Origin: Acidimicrobiales bacterium
Lineage (GTDB): Bacteria; Actinomycetota; Acidimicrobiia; Acidimicrobiales; JAJPHE01
Reading direction: 5' to 3'
Assembly: GCA_035533195.1 (NCBI GenBank)
Contig: DATLUK010000295.1
Location: 1 to 48,123, forward strand
Length of the DNA: 48,123 nt
Shown: in pieces, positions 16,483 through 25,089 of the stretch
Layout: every line of letters begins with the position of its first letter
Numbering within the stretch: the stretch's first letter is position 1
Position numbers and translations under genes: made by a program
Notes under the pieces: generated by a model
Database searches by the model: none
Told to the model about the DNA's origin: nothing
What the model saw: only the letters and a program-made list of their open reading frames with translations

Positions 16483-18966
16483 TCACCGAGATTCCTCGAG
16501 AATCCCGTCGGCCATGAGCTGGGTCACCTCGCTGGGACTCATCCCCAATAGCTCCTCTGAGATCTCCCGGCTATGCTCGCCGAGCCGAGGAGCCTTACTG
16601 ACGATCGGCTCGGGCAGGCCCGTACCCCGGAAGGCCGGTCCCTCCAAGGTGATCGTCCCCAGCTCCGGCTGATCAACGCTTCGTAGGTAAGTGCGATGGA
16701 GCAGTTGGGGATCATGCGCAGTATCGGTCGGGTACTGCATCATCCCAGCAGGGACACGATGGGACTGCAGAAGCTCCATAACCTGCCGGGGAGTCCGCTG
16801 GCGCGTCCACTTGGTCAACTGAGCGTCGATTTCGGACTGGGCCGCCATCCGCCCGGCGGTACTTGTGTAGGAGGGGTCCGCCGCCCACGCTGGTGCGCCC
16901 AGGGCGAGACGGAGGCCATTCCATTCGTCATCCGAGCGAACCGTCACCACACACCACTGCTCCTCCCCCGAGCACTGGTAGACGCCCCATGGTGCGCCTC
17001 GGAGGCTTCGGTTCCCGAGAGGCTTGACACTTCCTGGTGCCAGCGCCTCGGCCAGGAAGAGATCGGCCAGGAGACCGACAGTGGTCTCGACCTGGGGCAC
17101 CTCCACATGCGCGCCCCGTCCGGATCGCTCCCGCCCTATGAGGGCTGCTAGGGCGCCGAAGGCACCAACCCGGCCGACCAGATGGTCAGGGTAGATGGCC
17201 CCCGAGCCGGCCGGCGCCGGCGAATCGTCGTAGTTCCAGAGGTAGGTGAGCCCCCCCACCGGTCGAGTCGATGGGCCGTAGCCGATCCAACCCGACCACG
17301 GACCATCCGGGCCCATGAGTTGGCTGCTCATCATGACGATGCGCGGGTTTATCTCGCGTACCGTCTCGTAGCCGGCACCCAGTCGCTGCATCACCCCGGT
17401 GGCACTGTTCTCGACGATAACGTCGGCGGTCCGGACCAGGTCGTGCAGGATCTGCTTACCGCGCTCCAGGGAGAGATTGACGCCGAAGCCGCGCTTGCTC
17501 CGGCTGGACGAGGCGAATGAGGCATTCATCAACGTGCCCTGGATCGTCCGCATGAAATCGGGGTACGTTTTACTCTCGATCTTGATGACATCGGCGCCGT
17601 ACTCGGCCAAGAGCCGCCCGGTCTCCACTCCGACGCCGCCGATCCCGAAGTCGAGCACCCGAAGACCCGCCAAGGGCTGGGGGGCCGGCTCCGCTGTTGA
17701 GGACTCATTCACGCCAGGATGGGAGGACTCGGCCTTCAGGGCCGACTCAACCAGCCACCTGTGGTTCTCCTCCCCGGGCCCCGGGGCTCGGAACCGGTAA
17801 CCCTGACGTTGTCCATCGATCTCAATCAGGCTCTGCGCGACCGGGCCAGTGACCCCAGGACAGACCTCTACGCTTCGGAATGTGCCTCGAGCCTGGAAGT
17901 GCTCGCTGGCCAGAACCTCACCGGGAGTAAGTACGGGGGTGAGCGCGAGGCCCCGCCCCTGTGCTTCACGGGCGAGGGCCTCCTTGTCCCACCCGCTGAA
18001 CAACTCCACGATCATCGGCCCGAGAACGTCATTGATCGTCGAGCGCAGTCTGGGCTGGTCCCATTTCGGATCCATAAGCCACTCGGGGTCCCCGAGCCAG
18101 GACCGCAGGGCATGCCACTGCCGGGGGCTCAGGATGATCAGCCGCACATACCCGTCCCGGCACGGGTAGATCGGATAGGCGGCTCCCGATCCCGCCCGGA
18201 TTGTCAGATATGAGTCGAACCCGGCCAGGCTGGCGTTGGGCATAGACCAGTCCGAGTTGTTATGGGCACTCTCCATGACGGAGACATCGACGTGCTGTCC
18301 AGACCCGGTCCGGAGCCGCTGCCAGTAGGCAACCAGCGTGGCGAAGGCCGCCGTTACACCGGCTATGTCATAGGCCATGGCCCCGGGGGGAAGCAGCGGC
18401 GGATGGGGGAGCGGCAGCCCGGAGCGAAAGAGCATGCCACCCAGAGCGACCAAGGTGGGGTCGCTGCCGACGTAGTCCCGATAGGGACCGGTCTGGCCGA
18501 AGTCGGTGACGGAGGTAATCACGAGCTGCGGATACCTCTCCAACAGTTCCGCCGGAGCCAGACCGAGCCTAGCGAGGGCTCCCGGCTCGAAGCTCTCCAA
18601 CATCACGTCGGCATCGTCCAACAGTTCCAGAAACGCCGACCGACCGAGCGGCTCGGCAAGGTCCAAGGTGGCGCCGCGCTTATTGAAGTTCCGGACCGCG
18701 AAGTAAAGGCTCGCACCGGTGTGCGGGTCGAACGGAGGTAGGCGGCGAGAACTTGCCCCACCGGGTGGCTCCACCCGGATGACATCAGCTCCGAGGTCCG
18801 CCAGTAGCCGCCCGCAGAGCTCTCCCCTTTCCTCAGCCAGATCGACGACGCGCATTCCCTCGAGCGCCCGGCCCGTCAGCGGCCGCCCCTCTTCGACGGG
18901 ATCACTCGCGCCCACGGGGGTTTTGCCCGGCTTGGAACGTACCGACACGTCAGAGCCCCCGGTCAA
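16483..18966 (-). CDS. Tandem (two-module) family III CaiB/BaiF CoA-transferase, 827 aa
   Basis: Module 1: [36 protein letters not shown]...DFGQTGPY...AYDIAG. Module 2: [39 protein letters not shown]...YPDHLVG. The TTG start is uncertain. A paralogue lies at 45657-48086. Confidence 0.85.
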   Translation of the reverse strand: MTGGSDVSVRSKPGKTPVGASDPVEEGRPLTGRALEGMRVVDLAEERGELCGRLLADLGADVIRVEPPGGASSRRLPPFDPHTGASLYFAVRNFNKRGATLDLAEPLGRSAFLELLDDADVMLESFEPGALARLGLAPAELLERYPQLVITSVTDFGQTGPYRDYVGSDPTLVALGGMLFRSGLPLPHPPLLPPGAMAYDIAGVTAAFATLVAYWQRLRTGSGQHVDVSVMESAHNNSDWSMPNASLAGFDSYLTIRAGSGAAYPIYPCRDGYVRLIILSPRQWHALRSWLGDPEWLMDPKWDQPRLRSTINDVLGPMIVELFSGWDKEALAREAQGRGLALTPVLTPGEVLASEHFQARGTFRSVEVCPGVTGPVAQSLIEIDGQRQGYRFRAPGPGEENHRWLVESALKAESSHPGVNESSTAEPAPQPLAGLRVLDFGIGGVGVETGRLLAEYGADVIKIESKTYPDFMRTIQGTLMNASFASSSRSKRGFGVNLSLERGKQILHDLVRTADVIVENSATGVMQRLGAGYETVREINPRIVMMSSQLMGPDGPWSGWIGYGPSTRPVGGLTYLWNYDDSPAPAGSGAIYPDHLVGRVGAFGALAALIGRERSGRGAHVEVPQVETTVGLLADLFLAEALAPGSVKPLGNRSLRGAPWGVYQCSGEEQWCVVTVRSDDEWNGLRLALGAPAWAADPSYTSTAGRMAAQSEIDAQLTKWTRQRTPRQVMELLQSHRVPAGMMQYPTDTAHDPQLLHRTYLRSVDQPELGTITLEGPAFRGTGLPEPIVSKAPRLGEHSREISEELLGMSPSEVTQLMADGILEESR

Positions 18967-19158
18967 CGCCCGGTTGGGGCTTGCCTATGCCCGCACGCCG
19001 CTCGACCTCAGCGGACCCGTCCAGCTCAACGGCCGTGGGCGACGCAAGGGGCTCCGACAACGCTCCCTCAACATCTACTGACAAAGACGCCGCCCCCTTC
19101 TCACATCCACACAGCGCCCTGCCGCAGACGTTCCTGCGGCGGGTCCGGGCCTCTCTAT

Positions 19159-19200
19159 ACGTTAGTAGACGGGTGCAATATTGACAATGCGCACCGTCTA
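19159..19200 (-). promoter_or_regulatory. Candidate promoter overlapped by an imperfect inverted repeat, upstream of the tandem CoA-transferase gene
   Basis: On the minus strand: TTGTCA (19187-19182), a 17-nt spacer, then TAACGT (19164-19159). The inverted repeat is TAGACGGGTGC (19166-19176) with GCGCACCGTCTA (19189-19200), 10 paired bases with one bulge. It could instead be the terminator hairpin of the Liv permease gene ending at 19295. Confidence 0.3.
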
Positions 19201-19294
19201 GCGAGACCTCAGGCGGGGGCCCAGTCCAGCAGCGGCCCGTTCATACCTGTTCGCAACGACCTAGGCCCAGCCCACCATGCGGTCGGACCGACCG

Positions 19295-21235
19295 TCAGCC
19301 GGCGGTTCCCGCAGGCACCTGCTCGGGGAGCGCGGCATCGTCCGGCGCCTCAGGACGGGGGGACTGCCCCGGTGGAGCGGGGGCCGCTCTGTCTCTGTAG
19401 CGGTAGGCACGGAGCCGGTCTATGACAGAGCCGAGCTGGCCTATGAATCCGTCCGGATTCCGGCTCAGTGCCACTACGCCCAGCCCCACGCCCAGGAAGG
19501 TCAGCTGACCGAGATGGGGCAGGTAGCGGGACTGGATGAAGGGGAATACGGCGTAGGTGAGGCCAGCCCACAGTGCGCCCGTCACCGCTCCGGCCCCGCC
19601 CAGGGTGACCAGCAGCAGCATGATGAGGCTGTTGAGCATGGCGAACTCGCCACCCTCGGCAGTGCCCTGCAGGGCGCCATACAGAGCCCCGCCAAGCCCC
19701 GCCAGGCCGGCGGCAGCCCCGAAGGTGACAAGGCGTACCCCCGTCAGGCGGAGCCCGAGAGTCGTACAGGCGTCCGGGCTGTCGTTCACGGCGGCCAGCA
19801 ACCGACCGAAAGGACCTCTTCGTACGGCCAGCACTCCGACCGCAGCTATGGAAAAGGCGGCGGCCAAGAAGATGAAATAGCCCCGCAGTCCGGCGGGGAG
19901 GCCCGGAACATGGAACTGGTGGACGATCACAACCCCACCCATCCCGAAGTACTGCACGAAGAACAGCGTGTCCATGGCGTAGGCGAAGGCCAGGGTGGCA
20001 AGGGCCAGGTACAGGCCGCGCAGGCGAAGCACCGGGATGGCCACGACCACGCCCACCGCAGCACCCAGCCCCGCCGCTGTCACCAACCCCAGGAGCGTCG
20101 AGACGTGGCCGAACTTGCTCATGGCGTAGGCGCCGAGCCCGGCGAAGGTGACCTGACAGAGCGACACCTGCCCGCCGTAGCCGGTCAAAAGGACAAGCGA
20201 CAGCATGATGAAGCCGAGTACGAGGCCCTCGCCTCCGGTGATCAGGTTGGCCTGCGAAAGAGCACCGCTGAGCACCCAGGCGATCACCATGAAGAATGCC
20301 GCCGTCACGAGCGAGGTGCGCAGGCTCGGGGGCGAGCGCCGAGCGGTCCGCAACACCGTCGCCTGCTGCAGCCGGCGCTCGGGCAGGGCGACGACGACGG
20401 CGAAGAGCAGCAGGATCGGGATCACCGGATGCAGGGGGGTAAGCAGGCTGGGAGGCATGTAGCCGACCGCCAAGGCGTCGATGATGCCGAGCGCCAGTCC
20501 GCCGGCCACCGTCAGTGGGATGTTCCGGAGCCGTCCCAGCACTGCGGCGGCGTAGCCACTCACCACAATCATGGTCAGGTTGTATTCGTTCAGGAACTCG
20601 AGGGGCGCTATCAGGATCCCAGCCAGCGCCGCCATCCAGGCCCCCATGGCCCAGCTGATCATGGACACCCGGGCAGGGCTGGTGCCCAGGATCGAGGCGA
20701 GCTCAGCGTTGTCGACCACGCCGCGCATGCGGATGCCCAGACGGGTGCGGCGGAAGAACAGCCTCAGGCCCACCGCAAGTCCGATGGCCACCACGACGAT
20801 GGTGAGGTCGTGATCGGAAATTGCCGTGCCGAACAGCCGCACGGAATGGCCCGCGAAGAACTCCGGGATCCTGCGGTCCTCCGTCGGTGGCCAGATCGTG
20901 GCGGACAAACCGAGGAGGAAGACGAGCAGACCGAGCGTCACCACCACCGACAGGCCCAGGGAGGCGTGCCGGATCCGCCGGATGACGACGAACTCCAAGA
21001 GGGCGCCGATGAGGGGGGCGACGATGAAGAGAGCCACGAACAAGGCCACAAGCGTGGGCCAGTGGTAGCCGACTAGCAACTGCCAGTAGACGAAGGCCGC
21101 GACCATGCCCACGGCGCCATGGGCGAAGTTGAAGATTCCGGACGTCGTGTAGGTCAGGACCAGGCCCGACGACGTGATCGCGTATATGCAACCGGTGGCA
21201 AGTCCGGCGACGAGATACCCGAGAAGCTGGCTCAT
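19295..21235 (-). CDS. Branched-chain amino acid ABC transporter permease, fused LivH-LivM
   Basis: 646 aa. The N-terminal half (LLGYLVAGLATGCIYAITSSGLVLTYTTSGIFNFAHGA) is LivH-like. The C-terminal half (LLTGYGGQVSLCQVTFAGLGAY...) is LivM-like. About 18 hydrophobic segments by eye. Confidence 0.9.
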   Translation of the reverse strand: MSQLLGYLVAGLATGCIYAITSSGLVLTYTTSGIFNFAHGAVGMVAAFVYWQLLVGYHWPTLVALFVALFIVAPLIGALLEFVVIRRIRHASLGLSVVVTLGLLVFLLGLSATIWPPTEDRRIPEFFAGHSVRLFGTAISDHDLTIVVVAIGLAVGLRLFFRRTRLGIRMRGVVDNAELASILGTSPARVSMISWAMGAWMAALAGILIAPLEFLNEYNLTMIVVSGYAAAVLGRLRNIPLTVAGGLALGIIDALAVGYMPPSLLTPLHPVIPILLLFAVVVALPERRLQQATVLRTARRSPPSLRTSLVTAAFFMVIAWVLSGALSQANLITGGEGLVLGFIMLSLVLLTGYGGQVSLCQVTFAGLGAYAMSKFGHVSTLLGLVTAAGLGAAVGVVVAIPVLRLRGLYLALATLAFAYAMDTLFFVQYFGMGGVVIVHQFHVPGLPAGLRGYFIFLAAAFSIAAVGVLAVRRGPFGRLLAAVNDSPDACTTLGLRLTGVRLVTFGAAAGLAGLGGALYGALQGTAEGGEFAMLNSLIMLLLVTLGGAGAVTGALWAGLTYAVFPFIQSRYLPHLGQLTFLGVGLGVVALSRNPDGFIGQLGSVIDRLRAYRYRDRAAPAPPGQSPRPEAPDDAALPEQVPAGTAG

Positions 21236-21267
21236 GGTCGGTGTGCCTCCTACGGGGCGTTGGCTGG

Positions 21268-22755
21268 CTAGCTAGGGGGGGTCCAGAAGCCGCCGCAGAG
21301 GAACCCGGCTGGTGGGTCGGCGCGGACAAAGGCTCCGTTGTGCACCTTGATCATGACGTAGCAGTGGGTGGCGATCTTGTCCGCAGGGTCGGCGTTCGGT
21401 ATGAGTCCGTCCGCGTTGAAGCTCTTGATCTGCTTGAGGGCGGCCAGAAGCGCCTTGCGGCTCACTTTGGGGCCGGCGGCCCTCAGGGCCTGGACGAACA
21501 GCATGGCGCTGACCCAACCCCCGAAGGAGAAGCTGTCGGATGAGTAGTTCGGGTAGTCGCGATGCATCCAAGCCAGGTAGGTCTGGATCTCGGGAACCGC
21601 GGCGGCGTCCTCGCCGTTGAACATGACGTTCTGGTTGTAGATGTAGTCCCCCTCCACCGCGCTGGCCCCGGCTTCGCTGATGTAGGAAGAGTCGTAGCAG
21701 TCGGACCCCGCCAGATAGGCCTGGGGATGCCAGTTCTGCTGCTGCATCTCAGCGGCCAGGTTGGCGGCATCAGCGGTGACCGTGATTAGGAAGATGACCA
21801 TCTGAACTCCGTCGGCCCGCATGCGGATCACGTCGGAGGTGAAGTCGTTCTGGACGGGGTTGAAGTCATCCTCGTAGATGATCTTGTAGCCGAGGGAGGC
21901 CATGGCCCCCTTTTCCCAGGTATTGATGGAGTTGGTGGCCTGGGAGACCCCGGCCAGGAGCCCGACTTTGGTGATGGCGGCGGGGTAGTGCTGCTTCAAC
22001 CACAGAAAGGGACCGGTGATGGACCCCGCGTGGAACGCGTTGTACGAGAAGTTGTTCGGGAGCTGGCTGGCTTGCGCCGTGGTGGCGGTATGCACGTCGG
22101 ACACGTCGGGGTGGCTGGCCAGCACCTGAGCCCCACAGTTGTCGAAGAGGGACCCGGAGCCCACCAGGGCGAAGGCGCTACCCACGGCCGAGGACGTCTC
22201 CGCCTCGTTCTGGCTGCAACTGAACTGGTCGTCGACCGATTTTTGGACCAGTTGGCGCCCGTAGACGCCCCCCTGGCTGTTGATGTAGTCGTAGTACGCC
22301 TGTACGCCGTAGGGGGCACCCTGGAACAATCCGGGCACGGGCCCGCTCAGGTCAGAAATGTTCTCGGTCAGGATCTGGGTACCGGTGACGCCCACGTCCG
22401 TGGAGCCACCGTTGCCTCCGGCTGGCACCGGTGATGCGGCGCCCCCGGAGGAGGCACCCGCCGCAGCGGCGCTGGCCCCCGAGAACTGGGCGGTAGACGA
22501 GTTGGCGACCGAAGCGCCGGAGGCCTGGCCGGCCGATCCTGGTCCCGACGCGTTGCCCACCACTCCGGTCGAGCCGCCGGCTACCGGCCCGGAGGCGACA
22601 CCGACACCGCTCAAGCCGGACGTGCCGGCGCCGAAGCTGGCGGCTCGGACCTGCCCTGCGCCCACCCGGGCCCCGCACGCCGACACCAGCAGGCCCAAAG
22701 CGCAGACTAGCGCCAGCAGGCTCCGGCTCCAAAGTAGGCGACCGCCTGAGCACAT
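21268..22755 (-). CDS. ABC transporter substrate-binding lipoprotein (LivJ/K-like, type 1 periplasmic binding fold) with a long Gly/Ser/Ala linker
   Basis: Signal peptide and lipobox LLVSAC-G, about 100 aa of low complexity, then a Liv-type SBP body (YGVQAYYDYINSQGGVYGRQL..., FALVGSGS). I prefer ATG 22755 (MCSGG...) over the longest ORF start at 22827. Confidence 0.85.
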   Translation of the reverse strand: MCSGGRLLWSRSLLALVCALGLLVSACGARVGAGQVRAASFGAGTSGLSGVGVASGPVAGGSTGVVGNASGPGSAGQASGASVANSSTAQFSGASAAAAGASSGGAASPVPAGGNGGSTDVGVTGTQILTENISDLSGPVPGLFQGAPYGVQAYYDYINSQGGVYGRQLVQKSVDDQFSCSQNEAETSSAVGSAFALVGSGSLFDNCGAQVLASHPDVSDVHTATTAQASQLPNNFSYNAFHAGSITGPFLWLKQHYPAAITKVGLLAGVSQATNSINTWEKGAMASLGYKIIYEDDFNPVQNDFTSDVIRMRADGVQMVIFLITVTADAANLAAEMQQQNWHPQAYLAGSDCYDSSYISEAGASAVEGDYIYNQNVMFNGEDAAAVPEIQTYLAWMHRDYPNYSSDSFSFGGWVSAMLFVQALRAAGPKVSRKALLAALKQIKSFNADGLIPNADPADKIATHCYVMIKVHNGAFVRADPPAGFLCGGFWTPPS

Positions 22756-22921
22756 GAAACCAACACCATCCACGCCGACCCCACCCCCATGACGACTCCG
22801 GAGTCCCGCCACCCCTTGACGGGACAACCCCTCGATCTCGGTTAACCATATCCGGGTTGCGCCGGTTCCGCTAGATCGCCTATCTTGTCGCTAGACGGTA
22901 GTCGCGTTGGGGGGGGAGAAG

Positions 22922-23755
22922 ATGGTTCGCCAGGCGCCGATGGCTCAGCAGGCTACGGTCCCCACCGATTCGCCTGTTGTCGGCGGGCCCGAGTCTACGC
23001 TCGACGGTCGCGCCGTCGCCGAAGCGACTGAGCGTGACGCGAACGGCGGGCCACCCGCCTTGCAGCTTCACAACATCCGGGCTGGCTACGGGAACATCGA
23101 GGTCCTACACGGGGTGAGTCTCGTGGTGCCAGCGGCCACGGTGGTGGCGCTCCTTGGTCCCAACGGGGCGGGAAAATCGACGACGTTGAAGGTGGCCGCC
23201 GGTCTCGTAGCCCCAACCGGCGGTTGTGTTCACATGGCGGGAAGCCATGTCAACAACTCCAGTCCCGAGGCGCGCGCCCGGGCTGGTCTGGCCAGCGTGC
23301 CCGAAGGCCGGGGCATATTCCCCAACCTTTCGGTGAGAGAGAACCTGGCCATGGTGCAATTGCGGCGGCGGGTGGAGATCGATGAGCTCGAGGCCGATGT
23401 CTACAAGTGGTTCCCGGTGTTGGGCCAGCGCCGCAGCCAGCTGGCGGGTACCCTCTCGGGCGGGGAGCAGCAGATGCTCTCTCTGGCGCGCGCCATGGCC
23501 ACTAGCCCCGGGCTCCTTCTCCTCGACGAGATCTCGATGGGCCTGGCGCCCCTGATCGTGGGCCAGCTGTACGAGTTGGTCGGTGAAGCCGCCCGAGGGG
23601 GTACCGCCATCTTGCTGGTAGAGCAGTTTGCCCGCGCTGCGTTGCGGGTTGCCGACTATGTGGCCGTCATGGTCCAGGGCCGGATCACCCTCCTCGGGGA
23701 ACCGGCTGAGGTGGGCGACCGCTTGGCCCAGGCCTATCTCGGCACCGCGGCATGA
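22922..23755 (+). CDS. livF: Branched-chain amino acid ABC transporter ATP-binding protein (LivF-like) with a ~50-aa N-terminal extension
   Basis: AGYGNIEVLHGVSL..ALLGPNGAGKSTT (Walker A), VPEGRGIFPNLSVRENL, LSGGEQQMLSLARAM (signature) and LLLLDEIS (Walker B). ATG 22922 follows GGGGGGGGAGAAG. The longest ORF begins at 22907. Confidence 0.9.
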   Translation: MVRQAPMAQQATVPTDSPVVGGPESTLDGRAVAEATERDANGGPPALQLHNIRAGYGNIEVLHGVSLVVPAATVVALLGPNGAGKSTTLKVAAGLVAPTGGCVHMAGSHVNNSSPEARARAGLASVPEGRGIFPNLSVRENLAMVQLRRRVEIDELEADVYKWFPVLGQRRSQLAGTLSGGEQQMLSLARAMATSPGLLLLDEISMGLAPLIVGQLYELVGEAARGGTAILLVEQFARAALRVADYVAVMVQGRITLLGEPAEVGDRLAQAYLGTAA

Positions 23756-25089
23756 GCTGGCGGTGGCCCCTTGCGGGTGTTGGCGCTGTCTTTGTGGCCG
23801 CGGGCGGAACGTGGATCCTCCCCGCCGCGGCCAGCACCCCGGCCACTACCCAGCTGGGAGGCTACGGCTCGTCAGCGCAGGCGTTGGGGTTCCAAGTCGC
23901 CCAGGATGACCCCTCCGCCCTCGTCCATCCCCAAGCAGAGCTCGACGCCGGGAACGCCACCAGCACCCTGAACACCGGGCCCGACGGCTATGCCCTCTCC
24001 ACCGTCGCCTGGCCCGGCCCACTGGTAGGGAATCTAGGGACGACTCTGATCGTGGCCGGGGGGGCTCCCTCGTCGGCGAGCGCCGCCGACGATCCGGTTC
24101 GGGCCGAGGCGCGCACCGGATCGGGTTCGCCCACGGCGCAGAACAACTCGGTTCCAGGGGCCACCATGCTGGCCAAGGCGACCGGCAGCGAGGTCAGCGC
24201 CACCACCTCCTTGGCCGGAGCCGCCGTGCCCGGGGCGGTGAGCGCCGGCAAGGTGGCCACGACCAGTGACACCAAACTCGTGACCACGACGGTCTCGGGG
24301 ACCGCGTCCTCGACTCTGTCGGACATCGCCATCGACGGCGGTCTCATCAAGATCGCCTCGTTTACATCCACTGCCGACGCCAGCGCCAACGGGGCGACCA
24401 GCACCGGGCGAGCCGGCGCCTCCAGCTCGGTGAGTGGTGCCACCGTGGCCGGGGTGCCCGTGACCATCGACCAGTCAGGGGTGCATGCCGCGGGTAGCGG
24501 AGCTCGGACCACGGCAGGAAACGCCGCCGTCAACCAGGCGCTTGCCGGGGCGGGCATGAGTGTGTTCGTGGCAGGACCACGCAAGACGGTGACAGGAGCG
24601 ACCGCCAGCGAGCAGGCCGGTTCAGTGGTGTTCGTCTGGAAGCCCCCCCAGGATCCGTCCTCCGACTCGTTCACCGTCGCCCTAGGTGGTGCCTCGGTGT
24701 CCGTCCAGGCCACGGGGGGCTCTGGCGCGGCACTGCTGGCGGTCGCGCCCCCCGGCGTGTTCGGCGGACAGGCACCCGCGATACCGCTGGCAACCGCGCC
24801 CACCTCTTATGACGCCCTCGGCGCCACCGCGGCGTTGGTCCAGTCGGCCCCGGCGCTCGATCTGACACTGGGACCGGCGGCGCGGGGAACCGGCCCCACC
24901 GAGGGTGCTGTATTCCAGCCCGCCGGGGTGCTGGCATCATTGCCCCTCGGTCTGTCCAGTCGCCCGGCATGGTGGACCGCGCTCTGCCTCATTGGGGCGC
25001 TCTTGGCCGCCATGGGTCTGCGCCGGCTCCCAGCGCTGGTGACGGGTGCGGGCGAAACCTGCGAGCTCAACCGGAGCCTGTCACGATGA
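23752..25089 (+). CDS. Hypothetical secreted, C-terminally membrane-anchored Ala/Ser/Thr/Gly-rich protein
   Basis: 445 aa. N-terminal signal-like segment (WPLAGVGAVFVAAGGTWILPAAAS) and a C-terminal hydrophobic helix followed by basic residues (WWTALCLIGALLAAMGLRRL). ATGA overlap with the livF stop. I recognise no family motif. Confidence 0.6.
   Translation: MSWRWPLAGVGAVFVAAGGTWILPAAASTPATTQLGGYGSSAQALGFQVAQDDPSALVHPQAELDAGNATSTLNTGPDGYALSTVAWPGPLVGNLGTTLIVAGGAPSSASAADDPVRAEARTGSGSPTAQNNSVPGATMLAKATGSEVSATTSLAGAAVPGAVSAGKVATTSDTKLVTTTVSGTASSTLSDIAIDGGLIKIASFTSTADASANGATSTGRAGASSSVSGATVAGVPVTIDQSGVHAAGSGARTTAGNAAVNQALAGAGMSVFVAGPRKTVTGATASEQAGSVVFVWKPPQDPSSDSFTVALGGASVSVQATGGSGAALLAVAPPGVFGGQAPAIPLATAPTSYDALGATAALVQSAPALDLTLGPAARGTGPTEGAVFQPAGVLASLPLGLSSRPAWWTALCLIGALLAAMGLRRLPALVTGAGETCELNRSLSR

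Noticed and set aside
16483-18966. An initial suspicion that the second module of the tandem CoA-transferases is catalytically dead, because the conserved GY-D motif is replaced by GYGPSTRP.
   Set aside because: On re-alignment against the MCR-like protein in this window, the catalytic Asp of family III enzymes corresponds to a later position. Both modules of both paralogues retain an Asp there (AYDIAG / PDHLVG). The dead-module idea is therefore not supported by eye and needs a structural alignment.
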